From contig NW_008806277.1 in NCBI RefSeq assembly GCF_000400465.1, forward strand, positions 144,001 to 268,000: a stretch of DNA of 124,000 nucleotides, in the 5' to 3' direction. This document shows positions 25,918 through 38,608 of the stretch, in pieces. Below the pieces are notes generated by a model. It was not told the DNA's origin, made no database searches, and saw only the letters and a program-made list of their open reading frames with translations. The translations under genes were made by a program, and so were the position numbers. The stretch is from Wallemia ichthyophaga EXF-994. Lineage: Eukaryota > Fungi > Basidiomycota. The number at the start of each line of letters is the position of its first letter. The stretch's first letter is position 1.

Positions 25918-26025
25918 AGTGTCAGATAAGTTAAACTTGTGAATTAAATGAATAAAAATGTATAGATGCTGGTAAATTATTCGATTACCTTGAATATTCC
26001 TTGTCTTCTCACTGTCATCGTCATC

Positions 26026-27987
26026 ATGGCCAATACGACTCACGACGATCTCGCCACTAAGCTGCTGACGCTTATCAACGTCTCTGCTAGTCGCTCAGAC
26101 ACTCCCAAGCGCATACGTTTAGATGCCCCCGCGGGTGAAAAACTCGGTAAGAAGAAGAGATTATCCACTGGCAGCGAAGGCGATGCACAGCAAGTGGATG
26201 CAGAGCTAGCAAGTGAGGACATGGATAAAGATAACAGCCTTGAAAATGCACCTGAGAATCCCCCCGATAATGCACCCGACGACGACGACGACGAAGAGAG
26301 CAAAGACACCCTCTACACGCACTTCGGCGTCTCACCTACAAGACTCACCGATGAGAATATCTCCAAAGCTACAGAGAAGCAGTGGTCCTTGAAGCACTCC
26401 ACCAACACCCTAGGCAGGTGCACTGAGTACTGCGTCGATGACACAGGCAAGGACAACCAGAATGTTTTTGTCAGTCCCAAGTTTGCTAATAAGGGCGACA
26501 CACACCTCCTCAACCTCCTCGGCAGCTACAAGGATGTCTTTGCGAACCACCTCAGCCATTCTGAGAACGAGAGCATGCGCGGTTCCCTGACGCTGCATAT
26601 GCACAACCATCTCCTCAGGTGGGTGATATTCGATACGTCTTAACTCAGCTAATCTCCCCCAAGAACTCGCCGTCGTGTGCTCAAGAACAATGAGAAACTT
26701 GCGCACTTCCATGCACAAGAGAACGATAAACAAGACCCACAAGACCAGCAAGATGCTCCCGAATGCCTCGACCAAGGATTCACCCGTCCAAAAGTCCTCA
26801 TCCTCACCCCTTTCCGCAACACGGCGCTTGCTTGGCTCAAGGACCTCATAGCACACTCCCCAACTTCCCAGACAGACAACAAAGCGAGACTTTTCCAGGA
26901 GTTCTCCCTGCCTAAAGATGCAATTGACAAGATCGCCCAAGCACCTCCAGGCACCTACCCAGAAGACCATGTGAAAACTTTCGTCGGAAACATTGACGAT
27001 AATTTTAAAATTGGTTTGAAACTCACACGTAAGTCGTTCAAGCCGTATGCGGATTTTTACTCTTCGGATATCATCCTCGCTTCTCCACTAGGTCTGAAGC
27101 TGGCGATGGAGAAGACGAGCGACACGGACTACCTGTCGTCGATAGAGATGGTTGTTGGTGATCAGCTGGATGTAATAGCGATGCAGAACTGGCAACATCT
27201 CACGGATATCTTTGCCTCCCTCAACGCCATCCCGAGAGATGGTCATGGGTGCGATTTCGCTAGAGTCAAACCGTGGTATCTCGACAATAAAGCCAAGTTC
27301 CTTCGTCAGTCTGTTTTCTTGTCGGCTTATGAAATACCAGAAATGCGCAGCTTGTTTGGTAGACATTGTCATAACGTAGAGGGGAAAGTGCGCACTGAGA
27401 CACGCTACGGAGGTGTCTTAGGTGGAGTTAGTGGTGGTATAAAGCAATCATTCTACAGATTTGACGTAGATTCTCTCCTAGATGAACCTGATAATCGTTT
27501 TGCAATGTTCATCAACAAATCCCTTCCCGCTTTGCAAAAGTCGGCAGTATCGTCCTCTCACACACTTGTCTTCGTAAGCTCCTACTTTGATTTCGTGCGC
27601 GTGCGCAACCATCTCAAGGCGACTGGTGTCAATTACGCTGCTTTGAGTGAATACTCAACTAACAAGGAGATATCACGTGTGCGTGGTGCTTTCTTTAGGA
27701 ATGAAGTCTCTTTCCTCCTCCTCACTGAACGGTTTCACTTCTTTAGACGGTACAGAATCAGAGGTGCGTTGACATCCTTCTTCTACAGCCTCCCGGACCA
27801 TGCTGCGTTTTATCCAGAGATTGTCAATATGGGACTCGACGAGAGCAAGGGAATCGATGAGAGTGATTTGCAGTCTATCGCTCTATACTCTAACTCTGAT
27901 TTTCTCAAGTTGCAGCGCATCGTTGGTTCTACTGACGCTGCTTTGATGGTTAAGCAGGGTACGGATGATAGATATTCGTATAATTAG
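26026..27987 (+). CDS. UTP25: U3 snoRNP protein Utp25 (DEF)
   Basis: DQGFTRPKVLILTPFRN, FYSSDIILASPLGL, DYLSSIE, LLLTERFHFFRRYRIRG. Confidence 0.92.
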
Positions 27988-28050
27988 ATTATGTACAGGC
28001 TATTATTTATCGTATAGACTAATATTCATTTTATACTTTTACTATTTAAA

Positions 28051-28634
28051 TTACTCCATATATCCCTCCAAAACCCTCTCAATATGCGTATAGAGAAGAC
28101 CATCTGTGATATCATGCAATTGCTCCGGTGAGAGATTAGAAAGGACATATCTAGCAACATCGCGCTTATCACCTGGTCTACCAATACCAATTCGTAGTCT
28201 ATCAAAGTCGAGGGATTGTTTGAGATACTGTGAGAGTGATTTGATGCCGTTATGACCGTTGGCCGATCCGCCATGTTTGATGGAGAGCTGTTAACAGTTT
28301 GTGAGTGTGTGCGTATATGTATTCTCACCACACTACGCACCTTCCCCCATTCCCGCTGCAGGTCATCATGCAAGACGAGTACACGGCGTGCGTTGACATG
28401 CTCGCAGTAGCGTGCCAGGCTTTTTCCACAGACGTTCATCAGCTGGTGGCTGTATATGAGGTCTGTGTGGCTGTTTATATGCGTGTAGCTGACTCCGTGC
28501 TTGGTGTTGCTGTTCCACTGCAGATGTCGCCGCTGGGCTAAGTGCTTAAGGACGAGCTGGCCCACTGAGTGGAATGTGCGCGGGTGCGTCGCATTGCCTA
28601 AGCCTGCAATTACGGTTTTCTCGGCTGTGGGCAT
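28051..28634 (-). CDS. PTH1: Mitochondrial peptidyl-tRNA hydrolase
   Basis: VIAGLGN..HPRTFHSVG, LVLHDDLQR; GHNGIKS after an intron. Confidence 0.8.
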
Positions 28635-28669
28635 ATTCACCGTCTTCACCGCCAACACCCACCACCAAT

Positions 28670-30536
28670 ATGGCAGCGCTCGATGCTGACTTTATAAGAT
28701 TTGACGGGAGCGACGGGAGCGACGAGGAGATCAGCGGGAATAAGAGGACTTATGAAGATGTGGAGGGTGGTGTCGGCAATTCAGCCACTCCAGCGACCAC
28801 TTCCACCACTTGCACACCTTCCAAACACCCAAAAGGCGAAAATGGGAAATCTAGGAAAGAAATCGAAAAACAGCGTTCAAAGAAAGCGCCCTGGATGGCA
28901 GACGTTGATTGGGAAGGCTGTCGAACAGCACCAGAGATGTGAGTTTCAAGTTGAAGTTTTTCAGGTTGAAACTCACCACTTACATCACTCCCACTCCCCC
29001 AGGCTACACAGAGAAGTAGACGCTTTCACTCGCTTTATCAGCCCTTCGGTTATCGAACACAAGACACGCGAGTACACCATAGAGTGCATACGCAGGTGCA
29101 TCACCTCTAGATGGTCCGATGCCCATGTCTTTGCTTTCGGCAGCTTCGAAACTCGTCTCTACCTCCCCGATGGCGATATAGATCTTGTCGTTATGCGCAA
29201 ATCAGTCAACCAATACAACAAACAGTCAATGCTACACACCATGGCCAGTATTCTCCGCCAAGCAAACCTCGCACAGAGTATACAAGTCATTTCTAAAGCC
29301 AGAGTGCCTATTATTAAGTTCCAGTCATCATTCGGTGGTTATCCCATTGATATCTCACTTAATCAGACAAACGGTGTGGATGCGGGGAGGATGGTGAACG
29401 ATATCCTCGACAAGTACCCCGCTGCTAGACCCCTTTCCATTCTCCTCAAATGCTTCCTCGCTCAACGCAGCATGAACGAGGTCTATACCGGCGGCGTCAG
29501 CTCGTATGCTGTCATATGTCTCGTCGTCAGCTTTTTACAGATGCATCCTAAAGTGAGGCGAGGTGACATCGACCCTCTCAACAATCTCGGTGTACTTATT
29601 GTCGATCTGCTCGAACTTTATGGAAGGAATTTTAACTACGATAACACCGGCATCGCTATTGAGGGATCTGGCTACTACTTCTCCAAGTCAAGTAGAGGTT
29701 GGCATCAGTATGGCCAGCCGTACCTCCTTTGCATACAGGATCCACAGGATGTCGGCAATGACATCAGCAAAGGCTCGTTCAATATACTCAACGTGCGCAA
29801 GGTGATCGCCGGTGCATACGATATGCTCACCAATAAACTTTACGCTCAGGCAAGTGAAATTGACGCTAAGAAGACCGGCCGCCATCTCAGTCTTAGAGAT
29901 GAAGTGGAAGTGAAGGATGAAGAGAAGAGTTTGCTGTTGAGTTTTATGGGTATTTCTCAACTCGTGCTGAATAAGAGGAGAGTTACAATTGATCTCTATC
30001 AGAAGGGTATCCTCCAGCGCTATCTGAATCTACCACCCCCTGAAAAAGACGTGGATTTGAGCGTGAAGAGCGTGCCGAATAGAGTGTCGAATGGAACTAG
30101 TGCGGTAAATGATAGTAGCCCAATTAAACCCAAACATAAGGTATTCCCTGAGGACGACGAGGGTGAAGGTGACAACAGCGTAATTGACATACTCGATAAG
30201 GATAGAGAGGATGATGACTCGCGCTATTTACACGTACAAGCCAGTAGATCGGGATCTAACAAGCGTCCGCGCAGCAAAATCAGTAAGACGGATAAAGCAC
30301 CGACGTCTCAACTCCATTTCGTTGATTCATCGGAAGACTCCGATGTGGAGATTGTAGAGAAGACAGATAAACAGGCAGGCACACGTGGCACGCGGGAGCA
30401 AAGCAAGCAAACCAAAAAAAGTCAACCAGAACGACCAGTGAAAAAACAGAGACGTGAATCAAACGAACAAAGAAACTCAAGGTACGAGTACTGGGGGAAA
30501 AAAGGCAAGTCTATAGATATATCAGACAGTAACTAG
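28670..30536 (+). CDS. PAP2: Non-canonical poly(A) polymerase Trf4/Pap2 (TRAMP)
   Basis: AFGSFETRLYLPDGDIDLV, ARVPIIKF, DISLNQ, NEVYTGGVSSY, LCIQDPQDVGNDISKGS. Confidence 0.92.
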
Positions 30537-30678
30537 GCTTGTGATATAGATATTGTTATTTATCTTTATATTTATATTTGTTGTAAAAATTATTATCTTT
30601 CGTTCATCCCGCACGACATTCAACCATACGACGCCAAGTGTGTTGTATGCTAAATAGGGCCTGTAGACTTATACTACG

Positions 30679-32364
30679 AATGAGCACGTCACCCGCATAC
30701 AAGAAACAGAAAGTTGAAGTTGCATTGGAGAAGCCGGAGATAGCAACGGCAGCAACGCCGGCAATATCGCCAGCAACAACGCAAATAACCCAACAGCCAA
30801 ACCACCCACCAAATAAACCCCCTAAAAAGGACAAGGCTGTAAAACAACAGGAGAAATACACAAAGCTTCAGCGCAAAGCCAAGAAGCAGGCAGTCGCATC
30901 CGGTGGACCTGAGGAAAATATATTTCTCGATGTCAAAGCAATGCTTGGTGAAAGCGTGGTAGATGAGCTCATAAAGAGCGATCAGTGTTTAGATGGTGGC
31001 TTTGAATTCGGTACGCAGCTACAGGTTGAAATTTCCTCAATCTCAAGCTCAGGCGATGGATTAGCTATCGTACCAGAAAATAATTGGGTTATTGCCGTTC
31101 CATTCTGTCTCCCAGGAGAGAAGGTACTCGCTAGAGTATACAGAAACTCATTCTGTCACTCATACGCTGATCTTGTTAGTGTACTCGATAAGAGGGAGAG
31201 CTGGAGAGACGAATCGAATATCAGCTGCAAGTATTTCGGCAGCTGCTCTGGATGTCAGTATCAAATGATTCCTTACCAGAGACAGCTCCTACTCAAACAA
31301 CGCGTCGTTGAAAAGGCTTACCAGAGGTTCTCACAACTTCCTTCACCCGCCATACCGACTATACTGCCTACAATCGCATCACCCAAGCAATACAATTACA
31401 GAACAAAGATTACTCCACATTTTCAAGCTGCCCCGAAAAGCGCTGGTAATGATTTTAATCCAGATATTGGTTTCGATATGAAAGGTCGTCGTGTAACACT
31501 GGATATCGAGGAGTGCCCTATCGCTACTGAAACTCTCAATGTAGGTATGCAACCTGCGAGAGCTAAAGTGAAGGAAACGATAAAGTCTTACAAAAGAGGA
31601 GCTACGTTGTTGTTGCGTGATTCTATGACACGTCCTGAAAATGCTGCGGATGCTACAAAAACTGATATCCCACCCGCTGATATGAGCACAATCAACCCCG
31701 ACGATAGAGAGTGTATTACGGATCACAAGCGCATCACGAGGGAGATTGTCGGCGACAAGTTGTTTGAATTCACTGCTGGCTCTTTCTTCCAGAACAACTC
31801 TAGCATACTCGTGCCCCTCACGCAGTACGTGTTGGATGCACTCCCGGAGAAAGGAGAGGAACCGATGTACCTAGTCGATACGTACTGTGGAGCCGGTCTG
31901 TTTTCTATATGTCTACATGAACGGTTTGATAAGGTTGCCGGTATTGAGATTTCGCAGCAATCAATACAATACGCCAAGCATAACGTCAAGTTGAATGGAC
32001 TAGATGAAAACAAGATTTCATTCAGGGTTGGAAAATCGGAAGCTATTTTTGACGTCGTGGGTGATTTACCACCTGCTAACACATCAGTCATTATCGATCC
32101 ACCTCGTAAAGGATGTGACGATGCTTTCATAACTCAGCTGAAAGACTTCAAACCTCATCGCGTCGTTTATGTGTCGTGTAACGTTCACACACAGGCTAGG
32201 GATGTGGGTAAATTGTGCGGTGATGATGGCCCATATTCCATTGAGAGTTTGAGAGGGTGCGTGGGGTATTTAATGGCTGCTCTTTCTCATAATAACTATA
32301 CAGATTTGATCTTTTCCCTCAAACAAGTCATGTCGAGGGTGTTGCCGTTCTTAAGCTCAAGTAG
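30679..32364 (+). CDS. TRM2: tRNA (uracil-54-C5)-methyltransferase
   Basis: CKYFGSCSGCQYQ, YRTKITPHF, SFFQNN, VDTYCGAGLF, DPPRKGC, YVSCN, DLFPQTSHVEGV. Confidence 0.93.
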
Positions 32365-32555
32365 ATTGTAATACCATTGCACAGCACACGGAAGCATACG
32401 ACTAGCGCTTATTTATTGAAAAAAAGAGTGACAATAGTTTGATATACTGAACTTAGTGAGAGAATAGCTGGTCCTGGACTTGTGGTAAAAGAGTGATTGC
32501 TGCTACCATCCTGCAGCAGACAAAGACAATCAAAGCAGGTTGCTCAACTTGAACG

Positions 32556-33026
32556 TTATGCTGGAGTCCAAGTCAAGTCACACAAACCCTGAGCCATATT
32601 CCCATTGGTGAGTTCGCTGAAGAGACCTCTGCTCAAGTCGATCTGGTTGTCTTGGCAGGTAGGGCCTGAAGGGGGAAGTTAGAAGCTGTGCGCGCATCAA
32701 GCTACCAACCCACACAAATCTACAGCAGTCGCGTCCATCACTTTTCCAGTGTTGGTGTTGGTCACCGTGTAGTGCTTCCAGCAGTTGGCACCACCTGCGT
32801 AATGGGCGGTTGGGAGAGCAATGACCATGTCCGATGGCTGCGACCACGCACCACACGCGCCTAGGCCGACAGCGAAGAAGGATCCAATGCCGTTAACGAG
32901 CCCGCGTTGTGAAATTTCGTGCACCTCTGCATCCGTCTTTGCGACGGGTGCTGCAGTGGCCAGGCAGAGGATTGCGGAGAGCGAGAGGAGTGCCATGTGT
33001 ATGATGTGTGCTTGTGAGATGTTCAT
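32556..33026 (-). CDS. Secreted RlpA-like/DPBB (loosenin/expansin-like) protein
   Basis: Signal peptide, SFFAVGLGACG, MVIALP, AVDLC..PTC...IDLS; one intron. Confidence 0.8.
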
Positions 33027-33638
33027 GTTGTGTAGTATTGTGCAAAGAGTGTGGTGGCTGCTCAGCAGTGTTTGTATTGTGTTTGTTGTGTGTGGTGGCA
33101 GAAGTCGAAAAAGCACCGCCAGCTTATATAAAACTCAGGCGTGTTCTCGACTACAGGCACATATGTCACCACGCGCGAACGCTGTGACATTCCTGTCTGA
33201 ACTTTCTAGCTGAGCACGAGATAAAAGACAAAAGACCGAGATCGAAATAAGATGTTTGGAGTGTAGATGGATGTACCAGTACTTACATTCACTGATTTAT
33301 GCATTTGATAAGCGTGTGTCCACTCTCCCTAGCCGTTGAAATGGACCGTGCGTCTGAGCCAGGAAAGCAACGGATGGAGGAATAAAGAGGGACTTGTATT
33401 TCAATGAGCACACAAAATAACCTACTCTACTCAAACTGCAGAAACATGCATTCTGAAAGATGTACTTGAAAAATATCAGGCTTTAGAGAAGAATAAGCAG
33501 CAGCGAGAGCCAAACCAACAACCACACTCCCACATAAAAACAGAAACGCCTTGAATAAAATTTATATTTCAACTCGAATTCTGCTGCCTACCCGCCTACC
33601 TCACTCAACCCCGAACGACAAAACCTTTATACCTAAAA

Positions 33639-34707
33639 ATGTCGCTTGATGTCGGAGACGTTGACGCGTGGATAGACACTTTATCGCAGTGTAAACAACT
33701 ATCAGAATCTGACGTTAAATTGCTTTGTGACAAGGTGGGCGTCCTGCCAACACACACAGCAATTTCTAAGCAGATACACAGGCCAGAGAAATCCTTATCG
33801 AAGAGTCTAACGTACAGCCCGTTAGATGCCCAGTCACTGTCTGTGGTGATATCCACGGCCAATTCGTGCGTGTACCGCTTCCGTAGTCGTCTAGTCCCGC
33901 TTATCGACGTCTAGCACGATTTAATCGAGTTGTTTAGAATCGGTGGCAATTCCCCTTCCACTAACTATCTTTTCATGGGCGATTACGTTGATAGAGGTTA
34001 CTACTCAGTGGAGACAGTCACCCTCCTCGTTGCTTTGAAACTCCGCTATAGAGAGAGAATCACTATCTTGCGCGGTAATCACGAGTCAAGACAGATTACT
34101 CAGGTCTATGGCTTCTACGATGAGTGTCTCAGGAAATATGGAAACGCAAATGTTTGGAAATTCTTCACCGATCTATTTGATTACCTCCCACTCACCGCTT
34201 TGATTGATAACCAGATCTTCTGTCTCCACGGCGGTCTATCCCCTTCAATTGACACCCTCGACCACATACGCTCCATTGACCGCATCCAAGAAGTTCCTCA
34301 CGAGGGCCCGATGTGTGACCTCCTCTGGTCCGATCCAGACGACCGCTGTGGCTGGGGTATCTCCCCTCGTGGTGCTGGTTATACTTTCGGCCAAGACATT
34401 TCTGAAGCTTTTAACCATTCAAACGGCCTCACCCTCGTAGCACGTGCTCACCAACTCGTCATGGAAGGTTACAACTGGTCCCAAGACAGAAACGTCGTCA
34501 CTTTGTTCTCTGCACCAAATTACTGTTATAGATGTGGTAACCAAGCTGCGATTATGGAGATTGATGAGAATCTCAAGTACACTTTCTTACAATTTGACCC
34601 AGCACCAAGAGCTGGTGAACCAATGGTGTCTCGAAGAGTTCCGGACTACGTGAGTTGAGTGTCTTTCGTCTCACTTTCATGCTGACTCTCTCTTGCAGTT
34701 CTTATAG
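33639..34707 (+). CDS. PPH21: Protein phosphatase 2A catalytic subunit
   Basis: [29 protein letters not shown]; C-terminal PDY|FL completed by a 9-nt last exon. Confidence 0.95.
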
Positions 34708-34819
34708 GCTATTACTCACTGTATTTATGTTTGCACTGGGTATTTTACTTGTACAATGTGTAACTACGAAGAAAATGTAACGACGAAAACAATATCAACA
34801 GTTCATATATTATTAGCGA

Positions 34820-36470
34820 TATATCAATCTATTTCGATTACTTCTTTGTGTTTTTCTAGGTGGGTGGTTTGAGTATGGAGGGATTTGATGAGGGATATAC
34901 TCACTCTTATTTCTGCTACTACTACTACTACTACTTCCAAAACCTTCTTCCTTAATTTTTGGCTTGCAATCTACAATCTTATCGAGCGTAGATTGTTTGG
35001 TATCGAACGGCTCAACATCGTGACCAAGAAAAGCCTGCTTTAGGTGTTAGTATGTTGTGATTTGTCTAAGCCAACCCACATCCCACGCACTGCCCGTTTC
35101 TTCCCTATTTATGTGTCAATCTACAGTTGAAACAACTTCAACCAACTCACAGCTTCATATCACCCATCAGTTGTCTTCTGTCAGTGTCTGTTTCGGTAAA
35201 ATCAAGTTCGTCTTCTGTTGTAGAACCTGAATCTTCGTTTTCCGGTTTTGTCTTTGTCTGAGACTTGTTAGGGATAACAATTGATATTCAAGCCAGCATC
35301 ACCCACCATAGCTGCTAAGCGCTTTTCAGTTGCTTCGAGGCGCAACGCGCGCGCACTCTTAGACGTAGCACGTTTTCTATAGGTTGAATTAGGATCTTGA
35401 CCTTTTTCCAAGCCAAGAGAGGCACCATCGACGCGATTACCAGCACCAATAGTCATGCCTTTTCGTGTTAGTGGTTTCTTGCGTTTTTTTGGTTTCCAGA
35501 CGCTAGACTTTGAGCGCGATTGAGCACCACCTAGTAAGTGTGCGAATGTTAGCTGGCGAGTAGGCCTACAGACAAATCTCACCGCAAATATAGTCGGCAA
35601 AATCACCAGCCGCGAGTGCAGTCTGACCTTGAACAGTTGCGTTATCTGCCAAGCGCGTCCCAGAGGACCAGTAGCCGTCACCAAAGTAGCCTTTCTGCCT
35701 GAGAGCTGTAGCCTGTGATCGGAGGTCTTCGTTGTACTGCGTTTGTGTGAGAGTGGCTTTTTTTATGACTGTGGCACACACTTTGTGAAAAAATTTTGAG
35801 TGATTCATGTCTGTGATAGGTGAGTTTGAGTGATTTTTCTGGGTAGCTCATCAAAAACTCACGTTTTATGTGCTAGTGGCTTTATCAGTCGAATCGATGC
35901 CTAAAGACAGCCTCACTCACCGCGAGCTCATGGCAAAGGACATTACTGGGGCGTCTGTGAGTGCTGTTTGGGATGCTTGAAAGATTAAAATTCTCACAGC
36001 AAGAAAGGGAAGGGATAGAATTGGCCGCTTGGTCTTCTGAGGACGAGTTCTGTGATGTCGTCATAAATTGATATTGGCAGACGATGAGCTTGGGCATACC
36101 AACAACCTAATCAGAGTGTTGGATGGTTTTTATGCTACTAATTCCACCCACATCCCCTGCATTCCAATTTCTGCCTACAAATACTTGGTTGAACTGGTAT
36201 TCCTCCAAGCTATTCACCTTAAGCCCCTCAGACTTCATCACTGGCCTAACCTGGGCAGCTAAAGAGCGTAGCAGACTAGGCAACTCATTAGCAACTCCTC
36301 CACTCGCGCTGATCCGCTTCACTCAACTCCCTAGCCTCCTTCTGATTGCTGGCTGGCAATGCCGTAGTAAAATTAATTTCTGGGTTTGGATTCGCCTCCT
36401 TCTCGTTTATCCTGCGTGCATCACAATGAGCTATTATCTACACCCTGAAATTTCCACACCTCAGCACCAT
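34820..36470 (-). CDS. WSS1: WLM-domain DNA-protein-crosslink metalloprotease Wss1-like
   Basis: LAAQVRPVMKSEGLKVNSLEEY, GRNWNAG, LCHELA (HExxH split by an intron), GYFGDGYWSSG. Confidence 0.8.
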
Positions 36471-36983
36471 GAAGTAGAATGAAATAAAGTGAAGTTGATA
36501 CATTGTGCTGAGTAATCCAATCTCAAATATTTTCAAATCGTTCACCGATTACGCCATCTCTGCGATGCCTAGAAGTGGAGCTTGATAGGCATGCTTTATA
36601 GTCACATATCTGGAAATTGGCCGCGGGGATGACATGAAGGCTGTGTAAATTCAATATATACTGCACGTGGAGTCGCTCGCCTTTACTTGGTTGCCCGGTG
36701 CCCGAGTGCCCGGGTGTCTGTCGCAGCAAACACACAGGGAGTTCAGTAGACCAATGTAAGGGGCAAGTATACTCAAATATACGTTTATTATTCCATATGA
36801 CACCCTCAATGCTATCGCAAAACCGTGTTTTACCCTTGTTTCAATTTTTACTCCGCTTTGCCTTTAAAAGCGCACTAATTCACTCTTCTTTGTTATCAGC
36901 TATCAACTCGAAAGCAGCAGAGCTTCTTTCAAGAATAAAACATCTTTAAGTCTTCACAATCTCTTAATCTCACAGCAAGATCT

Positions 36984-38138
36984 ATGTTATTAACATCAAC
37001 ACTCCTTGCAATCGTAGCAACTGTCACAGCTCACGGGACTGTCAACCGTATCGACGTTGAAGGCGGACAGTCATTCTCTGGCCCACTAATCGGCTCAAAC
37101 GACAACAGCGGCCCAATCTGGCATGTCTCAACTAGCAGTCCAGTCACGGACCTCCAAAGCAATTCAATGTTCTGTGGTGTTGACGCTATCCCTGGTCAGC
37201 AATCACCTAATATCGGTGCTGGCTCGACTTTAACCATCCACTGGGGACAAGGTTACGCAGACAGTGGTGACCAATGGCCTCATAACACAGGCCCAATCAT
37301 GACCTACATGGCTAAATGTAATGGTGACTGCAGTAACGCAGACTCTGCCAGCTCCAACTTTTTCAAGATCTCCGAGCTCGGTATTGAGAATGGTGAATGG
37401 GTTCAAGCTCAACTCAAGAATGGTCAACCATACTCTGTTCAAATCCCAAATGATGTCCAACCTGGTAAGTGCATTGTGTGACTACTTAATATGGCTAAGA
37501 CTGTGACAGGTAATTACCTAATTAGAACGGAGATCGTTGCACTCCATTCAGGCGTTGAGAGTTACCCATCATGCTCACAGTTCACTGTGACTGGTGATGG
37601 CTCAAACTCATACGCAAGCGCTACAGCTAAATTCCCTGGTGCCTACTTAGCTTCTGATCCTGGTCTTCAAATTGCCGGTGGATCCGTATACAATATTCAA
37701 TCGAGTGTTGAATACCAATTTCCTGGTCCAGCACCCGTTACTGGAGTTCACTTGGGTGTACCTGTTGGTAGAAACGGAGGCAGCAAAAAGTTTGCTGCTC
37801 AACAGCCAAGCTCGGATTCATCACACTCAAGTTACAGCTCGGATAGCCAATCATTTAGCCAGCAATCGCAACAAAATGAATCAAAGTCGCAATCACAATC
37901 AAATGGACCAGACTCAGAATCTGGTAACTCTGGTTGCAACAACCAATACGAACAATGCCTTCAAGCATATGTTCCAGGCAGCGGAGACTTTGATTGTCAG
38001 ACTCAATTTGTCTCATGTCAACAACAGTCACTAGGAAGACGTTGGTCTACCATTCAAAGACCAACCAAACGCTCAAAATCGTTGAAGCGCACTCAACAAC
38101 GCAACGCTAGAATGATGTATCGTACCGTTCATTTGTAA
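36984..38138 (+). CDS. AA9 (GH61) lytic polysaccharide monooxygenase with C-terminal extension
   Basis: Signal peptide then His1 (HGTV), WPHNTGPIMTYMAKC, PGNYLIRTEIVALH, ESYPSC; Ser/Gln linker and a 4-Cys motif follow. Confidence 0.88.
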
Positions 38139-38608
38139 ACGGAGATAACTTCAACGCGGCTTTCATTCTCGAATAAAACAATAAGGAACCGGATTCCTTC
38201 AAATTGATTATAGCACATATCTCCCTCTCTTTACATACCTTGACGGTGCCATGTATTCTAACTAACGCTCGCTTATCTTATAACAGATCTGGAGGTCTTA
38301 CGAAATCACATCAATGTAAACAATACATATTTAACACGATTGTTGATCAATCTGTTTTCTTCTACGATAATTCCTTTTGGTGTAATGTGTGATGTCTTAG
38401 CAGTTGACGAGCTCTGGCACTTATTGCAAAATAAATTGTAGAAAATGGACCATGTATTTAAACAATGATATCATGTATTGAGTTTAAGTCTATTAAATAT
38501 TTGCCCTTTTATCCTAAAAAAACAATTTACTGACAAGTGTTCCGATCTATATGTACTTGAGATTTATAACGCGAAGGAATTAGTTAGTGAAAAATTATTT
38601 CCGTGATG

